Notes under the pieces: generated by a model
Database searches by the model: none
The model's input: only the letters and a program-made list of their open reading frames with translations
What the model was told of the DNA's origin: nothing
Program-made: the position numbers and the translations under genes
Shown: in pieces, positions 35,360-42,201 of the stretch
How positions within the stretch are numbered: position 1 is the first letter of the stretch
How the letters are laid out: each line of letters opens with the position of its first letter
From: Thermoplasmata archaeon
GTDB taxonomy: Archaea > Thermoplasmatota > Thermoplasmata > Lutacidiplasmatales > UBA184
Length of the DNA stretch: 64,000 nucleotides
Direction of reading: 5' to 3'
Assembly: GCA_021816865.1 (NCBI GenBank)
Contig: JAKAWX010000001.1
Coordinates: 40,794 to 104,793 of the forward strand

Positions 35360-36182
35360 CGCCCTCCGATAGGGACGGGCGTACCTCACGCCCGTGCCCG
35401 GGTAAGGTGTTCGGGTGCGCCTCTTGGACGAGCTCGGCGACGATGCTGACCGCGATCTCGGCCGGGCTCTCCGCGCCGATGCCGAGGCCCACCGGCGAGC
35501 GGATGCGCTCGAGGGCGGAGCGTGCGAAGCCGCGATCGCGTAGGAGCCCGAAAAGATGCCCGCGCTTCGAGGCGCTCGCGATGAGCCCGATCGCGTTGGG
35601 GAACCGGTCGATCGCCCCCGCCAGGACCTCGAGGTCCTTCATGGCGTCGTACCCGAGCACGTAGAGATGGGTGAACGACGCGGGGTCGAACCGTTCCCAG
35701 AGCGCCTCGGGCTCGACAACCTCGCGCCGGTCGGCGGTGGGGAACCGGTCGTCACCGACCCAGTCGGGGCGGTCGTCGGCCACGCTATAGTCGTACTCGA
35801 GCGTCGGGAGGAGCGCGGCGAGCGCGTGGGCGACGTGGCCGCCCCCCCAGAGGAGAAGGTTCGGACGGGCGGGAACGTACTCGAGGGCGACGTCCACCGA
35901 GCCGCCGCACAGGCTCGGGAGACCGCCGTCCGTCCAGGCCTGGAGCGCGAAGTGCCGGAGATCGCCCTCCCGCAGCTCGAGGGCGGTCCGGGCGAACCGC
36001 TTCACCTCCTCGTCGAGCGCAGCACCCCCGACGGTCCCGACCGACGATCCGTCGGCCCGGACGAGCATGGACGCGCCCCGCTTCCCGGGCACCGACCCCG
36101 TCGTCCGGACGACGACGGCGCGGACGAACGGCTGGTGGGACTCGAGCAGGCGCAACGCCTCGCGGGTCTGGCGTCGGTCCAC
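35337..36182 (-). CDS. xdhC: XdhC/CoxI Moco insertion chaperone
   Basis: GSVPGKRGA, GTVGG, CGG, GGGHVA, SPVGL.IGAESPAEIAVSI. Confidence 0.9.
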   Translation of the reverse strand: MDRRQTREALRLLESHQPFVRAVVVRTTGSVPGKRGASMLVRADGSSVGTVGGAALDEEVKRFARTALELREGDLRHFALQAWTDGGLPSLCGGSVDVALEYVPARPNLLLWGGGHVAHALAALLPTLEYDYSVADDRPDWVGDDRFPTADRREVVEPEALWERFDPASFTHLYVLGYDAMKDLEVLAGAIDRFPNAIGLIASASKRGHLFGLLRDRGFARSALERIRSPVGLGIGAESPAEIAVSIVAELVQEAHPNTLPGHGREVRPSLSEGDVVPRSP

Positions 36183-36790
36183 TAGAATCCCCCCCGGCTC
36201 GTCCACTCGTCCCGCGCCGCGCGGTAGCTCTCGGGGGTGTCGATGTTCGCCACGACCCCCGGGTCGTCGACCTCCACCCGGCGGATCTGGGGCCCGAACT
36301 CGGGCAGAAGGGCCCGGACCGGAGCGTCCGGCCGCAGCTCGAGAAGGTCGGGTCGGATCGAGGAGCGCCACAGGACCGGATGGCCGCCGTGCCCGCGGTA
36401 GGTCGGTATGAACCAGACGCCGAGCAGGTCGCGGCTCGCGACCGACTCGAGGCGCTCGACCGTCGTCGCGGCGACGAACGGATGGTCGACCGGCCAGAAG
36501 AGGATATCCCGCCCGGGCGGGATGGCGTTCACGCCGGCCTGGACGGAGGCGGTCCGCCCCTCGAACCACCGCTCCGCCTCGACGACCTCCACGGGGAGGC
36601 CGTGGAGCGCCCGGACCACCGGGGCGCGGTGGGCGCCGACGACGACGCTGATCGGGTCGTACCCCTCCGCGAGGCAGATCTCGGCGATCCGGCGGATCGC
36701 GCTCGTCTCCCCGACGTCCACGAGGGCCTTCGGGAGCTCCCCGAAGCGGCTCGACTCGCCGGCGGCGAGCAGGAGAGCGGCGATCGTCAT
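36182..36790 (-). CDS. mocA: Molybdenum cofactor cytidylyltransferase (MocA-like)
   Basis: LLAAGESSRFG..K, VDHP, GHPV, NIDTPE. Confidence 0.85.
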   Translation of the reverse strand: MTIAALLLAAGESSRFGELPKALVDVGETSAIRRIAEICLAEGYDPISVVVGAHRAPVVRALHGLPVEVVEAERWFEGRTASVQAGVNAIPPGRDILFWPVDHPFVAATTVERLESVASRDLLGVWFIPTYRGHGGHPVLWRSSIRPDLLELRPDAPVRALLPEFGPQIRRVEVDDPGVVANIDTPESYRAARDEWTSRGGF

Positions 36791-36953
36791 CCGGACCGGG
36801 CCCCCGGGGTCACGGGCGGCGCTCTCGGGCACGACCCTCGGTTAGTTAAGGGTCCGGTCCTGCCGTCGGGGCCGCGGGACCGCGGGCCCGGTGCGGTCGG
36901 CCTCTCGCGCGCGTTCGCCGGCGAGCGTCCTCCCCCGAGCTTCCGGGTCAGCG

Positions 36954-36961
36954 CTTAAATA
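36954..36961 (+). promoter_or_regulatory. TATA box of the rps19e operon (likely leaderless)
   Basis: CTTAAATA ending 27 nt upstream of the ATG. Confidence 0.6.
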
Positions 36962-36987
36962 GCACGGCCGGGTGGGCGCGCCGCCTC

Positions 36988-37443
36988 ATGACCCATCCGA
37001 ACGACGTGCCCCCGTCGATGCTCCTCCCGCAGCTCGCGACCGAGCTGAGGAACCGGCAGGCCGTCGCCCCCCCCGCCTGGGCGACGTTCGTGAAGACCGG
37101 CGTGCACAAGCAGCGCGCCCCCGCGGAGCCCGACTGGTGGTACCTGCGCAGCGCCTCGGTGCTTCGGAAGATCTACGTGAAGGGGCACATCGGGGTCACC
37201 CGCCTCAGCGCCGAGTACGGCGGCAAGCGGGATCGGGGCAGCGCCCCATACCACGCCCGGAGCGGCTCGCGCTCGATCCTGCGCGAGATCGTCCACCAGC
37301 TCGAGAAGTCCGGGCTCGTCCAGCCCTACAAGACCCGGGGACGCCGCCTCACGCCCGAGGGCGAAAAGCTGCTCTCCGCGGTCGCCACGGAGATCCTTCA
37401 GAAGCTCGTGACGAGCCGACCCGAACTCGCCAAGTACCTCTAG
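36988..37443 (+). CDS. rps19e: 30S ribosomal protein S19e
   Basis: PPAWATFVKTG, DWWYLRSASVLRKIY, YGGKRDRG. Confidence 0.97.
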   Translation: MTHPNDVPPSMLLPQLATELRNRQAVAPPAWATFVKTGVHKQRAPAEPDWWYLRSASVLRKIYVKGHIGVTRLSAEYGGKRDRGSAPYHARSGSRSILREIVHQLEKSGLVQPYKTRGRRLTPEGEKLLSAVATEILQKLVTSRPELAKYL

Positions 37444-37475
37444 CGACCGTACGGTGGGGCGAGGAGGAGTGCTCG

Positions 37476-37835
37476 ATGGCGTACGGAGAGGACCCCGAAC
37501 TGAACGAGCTCCGCCGTCGACGCGTGCGCCAGATCCAGGACCTTCAGGGGGCCGAGGCCTCGAACGCCGGCGCCTACGCGGCCCAAGAGGCCGAGATGCA
37601 GCGGCGCGACGCCGAGCGGGCCGAGATCCTCCGACGGATCCTATCGCCCGAAGCCCGCGAACGACTCGGCCGCATCCGCCTCGCGAAGCCGGACGTGGCG
37701 GCGTCGGTCGAGCAACAGCTCATCCAACTCGCCGCGAGCGGACGGATCCAGCGGCAGGTCGACGACGCGACCTTGCGCGCCCTGCTCGAGCGGATCGCGC
37801 CCGACCGACGGGAGATCCGGATCACGCGGCGTTGA
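37476..37835 (+). CDS. PDCD5-like DNA-binding protein
   Basis: ELNELRRRR, ILSPEARERL..I...KP, VEQQLIQLA; GAGGAG RBS upstream. Confidence 0.93.
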   Translation: MAYGEDPELNELRRRRVRQIQDLQGAEASNAGAYAAQEAEMQRRDAERAEILRRILSPEARERLGRIRLAKPDVAASVEQQLIQLAASGRIQRQVDDATLRALLERIAPDRREIRITRR

Positions 37836-37847
37836 CGGGGGAAGTCG

Positions 37848-38006
37848 ATGGCAAACCGTAGGAAGAGCCTCGCACGGAAGACCCGCCTGTTCCGGGTGGT
37901 CAAGAGCAACCGCCGGGTCCCGGCGTGGGTCATGCAGCGGACGGACCGACGGGTGACGCGCCACCCGAAGCGTCACACCTGGAAGCGGGGCCACCTGCAC
38001 AAGTGA
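37848..38006 (+). CDS. rpl39e: 50S ribosomal protein L39e
   Basis: Below the ORF-track cutoff. Manual translation gives MANRRKSLARKTRL...NRRVPAWVMQRT...HPKRHTWKR. Confidence 0.95.
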   Translation: MANRRKSLARKTRLFRVVKSNRRVPAWVMQRTDRRVTRHPKRHTWKRGHLHK

Positions 38007-38026
38007 GCGAACGGAGGTAGAGGACG

Positions 38027-38323
38027 ATGGCCCCGAAGACCCCCGCCCGTCGAGGAGAGGAACTCGAACGGGAGTACGTGATCCCGCTGCGCGCGAGCCA
38101 GCATGCGCCGTCGCGCCGCCGTCGGGCCGGCCACGCGCTCGAGACCGTCCGACGGTTCGTCGTGCAGCACATGAAGGGAAAGCCGGAGGACGTCTGGATC
38201 GACCCCCGGCTCAACGAAAAGATCTGGACGCGCGGGATCCAGCACATCCCGAGCAAGGTCCGGGTCAAAGCGATTCGGTTCGAGGACGGCCTCATCGAGG
38301 TCGACCTCCTCGAGACGGAGTAA
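38027..38323 (+). CDS. rpl31e: 50S ribosomal protein L31e
   Basis: EREYVIPLR, IDPRLNEKIWTRGI..PSKVRV. Confidence 0.96.
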   Translation: MAPKTPARRGEELEREYVIPLRASQHAPSRRRRAGHALETVRRFVVQHMKGKPEDVWIDPRLNEKIWTRGIQHIPSKVRVKAIRFEDGLIEVDLLETE

Positions 38324-38346
38324 ACCGCACCGCGGGAGAGGCCTGA

Positions 38347-39012
38347 GTGCCGGTCGGTCGCGCCCTATTCGGTGGGAGCCCGTACCTCGGCGTCTACGTG
38401 CGCGTCGGCGACCGGGCGGCGATCGGGCCCGCGAACCTCGACCGCCCGTTCGAACGGGACCTCGAGCGTCTGCTCGGCGTGACGGTCGTGCGAACCTCGG
38501 TGTTCGATGCCGAGGTCGTCGGGGCGATGATCGCCTCGAACTCGCACGGGATCGTCGTCGGCGACCGCCTGGACGCCGACGAGCGGCGGCCGCTCGAGGC
38601 GATCGCCCCGGTCACGGTCGTCCCGAGCCGCCTGAACGCGCTGGGGAACAACATCCTCGCGAACGACCACGGGGCGCTCGTCCACCCGGAATTCTCGAAC
38701 GAGGCCGTCGACTCGATCGCGGCGGCGCTCGGTGTCCGGACGGTCCGCGGCACGCTGGCCGGGCTCGGTACCGTCGGGATGGCCGGGGTCGCGACCAACC
38801 GGGGGGTGGTGGTCCACCCGAAGGCGACGGAACGCGAGGCGGAGCTCGTCGAGCAGCACCTCGAGGTGCCGGTCCATCGCTCGACCGCGAACTTCGGGGT
38901 GCCGGTCGTCGGCGCCTGCCTGGTCGCGAACTCCCGGGGATTCATCGTGGGGCGCCCGACGACCCCGGTCGAGATCGTCCACCTGCAGGAAGGCCTGGGG
39001 ATCCTCGACTGA
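38347..39012 (+). CDS. eif6: Translation initiation factor 6
   Basis: LGNNILANDHGALVHP, TNRGVVVHP, TANFG, TTPVEI. Confidence 0.95.
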   Translation: MPVGRALFGGSPYLGVYVRVGDRAAIGPANLDRPFERDLERLLGVTVVRTSVFDAEVVGAMIASNSHGIVVGDRLDADERRPLEAIAPVTVVPSRLNALGNNILANDHGALVHPEFSNEAVDSIAAALGVRTVRGTLAGLGTVGMAGVATNRGVVVHPKATEREAELVEQHLEVPVHRSTANFGVPVVGACLVANSRGFIVGRPTTPVEIVHLQEGLGILD

Positions 39013-39071
39013 ACCTCGGCTTCGGTCGCTCCGCGAACCCCGCCCCACCCCCGGTGGGGACCCGGTCAAGG

Positions 39072-39296
39072 TTACGTTCCGCGCTTGCGCTTGACGTATC
39101 GGGTCGCGTATCCCGCGATCCGGTTCGCGAGCTTCTTATGGGTCGCCTGGAGCCTTCCGTCGACCGTCACTCCGAGGTCGGTGAGCTCGAGGACCTTCCG
39201 CTTGTTGTTGGCGAACTCCCCCGTGAACGTCTCGGGGTAGTTTCGGATCAGCTCGATCGCGACCCGTTTGATGTACGTCTGGCGGATGTTGCCCAT
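39072..39296 (-). CDS. rps17e: 30S ribosomal protein S17e
   Basis: MGNIRQTYIKR...F..NK...NRIAGY.TR. Confidence 0.95.
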   Translation of the reverse strand: MGNIRQTYIKRVAIELIRNYPETFTGEFANNKRKVLELTDLGVTVDGRLQATHKKLANRIAGYATRYVKRKRGT

Positions 39297-39511
39297 GCGG
39301 GCGGGGCCGACCCGAGTCGTGGTTATAACCTTGCCGGCGACCGGACGGGCCGCGCGTCCCCGGGCGCTCGCCGGCCCGGCGGCGGGAGCGGCGGAAGCCA
39401 CAAATACCCTGCCCGAGGTAAATACCCTCGGGAGGAAGGCGGGGGGCCGTCCGGCGGGCTCCCATCTTCTGGTACCGGGGAAACCCTGACCGAGGACACG
39501 AGCGGGAACGG

Positions 39512-41017
39512 ATGACGGACGAATCGGCCGGACACCCCCTACCGCCGCGTCGCGAGCGCCACGTGCTCCTGCTCGACCTTTCGAAGAGCATGCTCGCCCC
39601 GCTCCCCGACCCCAAGGAAGAGCGGACCGAGCACCAGAAGATCGAGGTCGCGCGGACCGCCGTCTTCCGGATCCTCCAGGACGCCGTCACGTCGGGTTCC
39701 CTGTTCGGGCTCGTCACCTTCACCGAAGCGGTGCGGGTACCCGTGCCGCTCGGCGAGATCCACAAGGAGAACCTCCCGTACATCGAGAACTTGATCTCCC
39801 TCCTCGCCCCGAGCGGCCGCTCGGCGATCTGGGACGCCATCGCGGTCGGGGCCGACCTGCTCCGAATGGGCACGGACGGCGTCCGAGGCAACCTCGTCCT
39901 CGTGACCGATGGCTGGGACAATGCCTCCGCGCGGTTCGACGTGCGCCCCGGTCCGAGCGACCCCCTTCCGGAAGGTCGCGTCGACCTCGTGCCGTACGTG
40001 CTCCCCGCCAACTCCCGCCTCACGCTCCGCATCATCGGCATCGGGAGCGGGGACGAGCGCGACAAAGGCGTCGACGCCGGCCGGATGCACACCCTCCTCG
40101 ATCAGATGACCGAACGGGCGCAGACCCTCGGGCTCCCGCCGGCGTTCAGCTTCCAGGAGGTCACGACCGGCTCGGCGCTCTTCGCGCAGATGGTCCACGC
40201 GTTCGTCGACGTGGGCTACGAGGGCGACCCATCGATCACCGACCTCCACCCGGAGGAGCTCGCGCAGCACGCCGCGAGCGCGGCCCGGGCGCTGAAGGAG
40301 CCTCAGCAGCACGCGACCGTCTCGCGCATCCGCACCGGTTCGGCTCTCCCCCGCCCGGGGTCCGACGACGGCTACCACGAGGCCCCCGACCTCGAGGTCG
40401 ACGTGCTCGCCGCGTCCCCGGTCGGCCCGCCTGCGTACCTTAAAGAACGGTACGGGCCTCTCGGCGAGGTCGTGGAAGCCTACCTGGCCGGCGATTACGA
40501 CCGCGCGCTCGGACAGCTCGCCCGGTCGCAAGCGGTCCTTCCCGCCGTCACCCGGCTCTACTGGGAGGCTCGCGTCCAGTACGCCCGGCACGCGGTCGTC
40601 GAGGCCGCGCGTGCCCTCCTGGGGGCGTGGACGGAGGCCGAACGGCTGCCGCTCGCCTCCCAGTCGCCAATCCTTCGCCGTCTCGCGATGCTCCAGGCCC
40701 GGATGCAGAACGACAAGGAGACCGAGACGCTCGTCAAGTTCATCGACCACACCGAGCACGGGCTGGCGGTCGGCGAACCTGAGACCCGCGACCGACTCAT
40801 GGACCTGTTCGACCGGCTCCTCGAGCTGCGGGGGACCTACCAGCTGACGCGGATCGCGAACGAAGGGGATCTCCAGGACGCGGCGCTCAAGCACGAAGCC
40901 GCCGTCGAGGACGTGTTCGGCCGTCTCCAGGACGCCCGGCTCGACCTCGCGACGAGCGGGGCGGTCGTCGAGGGCGCCCTGGACTTCATTGAAATATGCC
41001 TCGCGGAGATGCGGTAG
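39512..41017 (+). CDS. vWA (MIDAS) domain protein with C-terminal TPR-like helical region
   Basis: LLLDLSKSM (DxSxS), SAIWDAI, LVTDG, IIGIG; helical C-terminus. Confidence 0.85.
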   Translation: MTDESAGHPLPPRRERHVLLLDLSKSMLAPLPDPKEERTEHQKIEVARTAVFRILQDAVTSGSLFGLVTFTEAVRVPVPLGEIHKENLPYIENLISLLAPSGRSAIWDAIAVGADLLRMGTDGVRGNLVLVTDGWDNASARFDVRPGPSDPLPEGRVDLVPYVLPANSRLTLRIIGIGSGDERDKGVDAGRMHTLLDQMTERAQTLGLPPAFSFQEVTTGSALFAQMVHAFVDVGYEGDPSITDLHPEELAQHAASAARALKEPQQHATVSRIRTGSALPRPGSDDGYHEAPDLEVDVLAASPVGPPAYLKERYGPLGEVVEAYLAGDYDRALGQLARSQAVLPAVTRLYWEARVQYARHAVVEAARALLGAWTEAERLPLASQSPILRRLAMLQARMQNDKETETLVKFIDHTEHGLAVGEPETRDRLMDLFDRLLELRGTYQLTRIANEGDLQDAALKHEAAVEDVFGRLQDARLDLATSGAVVEGALDFIEICLAEMR

Positions 41018-41028
41018 GGCGGAGTCGC

Positions 41029-42198
41029 ATGCCCGAGGTCAAGGTCACCACGAGGACCCGCCGGACGGCGGGGGCGAAGCGCGAGCCGAAGGCCCCGGCG
41101 ACCGACACCGCCCGGATCGCGGTCGTCGGGATCCCGGCGTCGGGGAAGACGACGTACTTCCGGTTCCTTTCCGGCCACTTCGGGCTCAACCTCCCCATCC
41201 TCTACGTGCCGGCGCGGGCCGATGACGGGACGCTGCCGCTCTACGGGGACCTCGAGAACGACGTCGCGCTCGAAGAGACGACGTACGAGACGACCGACCC
41301 GACCGATCCCGAAGGAAGCCTAGAGACCACGACCCGGTTCTATGTGAACCGACCGATGGAGGACCGTCGCAAGCTCTGGGTCGAGCTCTCCGCGGGCCGC
41401 GACGAGCAGGGCGTCCTGACCAAGTACCCGCTCCCGACGAAGTTCAACCAGTTCGTCGAGATGAAGATGCGCTTCCGCTACGGCGCGCCGGACGGGGAGG
41501 CCGGCTCGCGCCCGATGGAGCTGCGCACGATCGACGAGGCCGGCGGGATCATCGCCGACTACTTCACCTACGACCGGCTCTGGGTCGATTCGCCGGAAGG
41601 TGAGGTCCCGGAGAAATCCTGCCGCGTGATCCCGCATTTCGAGTCTTGGCGGCCGGACCGCCGCGACCTCTGGCGTCGCGGTCTCACCCTCCTCGGGCGA
41701 TTCGTCCACGGCGCCGACGCGATCATTCTCCTGCTCTCCCCGTCGCTCCCGTCGTTGCGCGACCAGGCCCAGCAGATCAACCTCGCCCGCGGGGTCTTCC
41801 GGTACGTCAAGAGCCGCAACCTGCCGCTCGTGATCGCGGTCTCGAAGGCCGACAAACTGAAGGAGTTCTACGGCGAGATCGAACAATCGGTCCGCGAGCG
41901 AACGTACCGGTCCGCATTCGACCCGGTCGATTTCCTGCTGCGTCGGGACGGCGCGGGGCTGGGGACGATTCTCGTCGCCCAGGAGGGTCGGGGGATCTCG
42001 ACGAGGTCGGACGTCTTTCTCGTCTCGAGCGCGGTCTCGACGGGGGAAGGCCATCCGCTCTTCGTCGCCGAGACCGGCGAGGAGGCCCCCAACGTGGGGA
42101 CCCCTACCGTGGGGATCCCCGTGATGGTGAACACGCTGCTCCCGCTCGCGCGGGCGTGCGAGCGCGTCCTCGAACGACGCCGAACCAAGGAGAACTGA
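41029..42198 (+). CDS. Atypical TRAFAC-like GTPase
   Basis: G1 GIPASGKTT, G3 DEAG, ADAIILLL, G4 SKAD, G5 VSSA. Confidence 0.82.
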   Translation: MPEVKVTTRTRRTAGAKREPKAPATDTARIAVVGIPASGKTTYFRFLSGHFGLNLPILYVPARADDGTLPLYGDLENDVALEETTYETTDPTDPEGSLETTTRFYVNRPMEDRRKLWVELSAGRDEQGVLTKYPLPTKFNQFVEMKMRFRYGAPDGEAGSRPMELRTIDEAGGIIADYFTYDRLWVDSPEGEVPEKSCRVIPHFESWRPDRRDLWRRGLTLLGRFVHGADAIILLLSPSLPSLRDQAQQINLARGVFRYVKSRNLPLVIAVSKADKLKEFYGEIEQSVRERTYRSAFDPVDFLLRRDGAGLGTILVAQEGRGISTRSDVFLVSSAVSTGEGHPLFVAETGEEAPNVGTPTVGIPVMVNTLLPLARACERVLERRRTKEN

Positions 42199-42201
42199 CG
42201 G

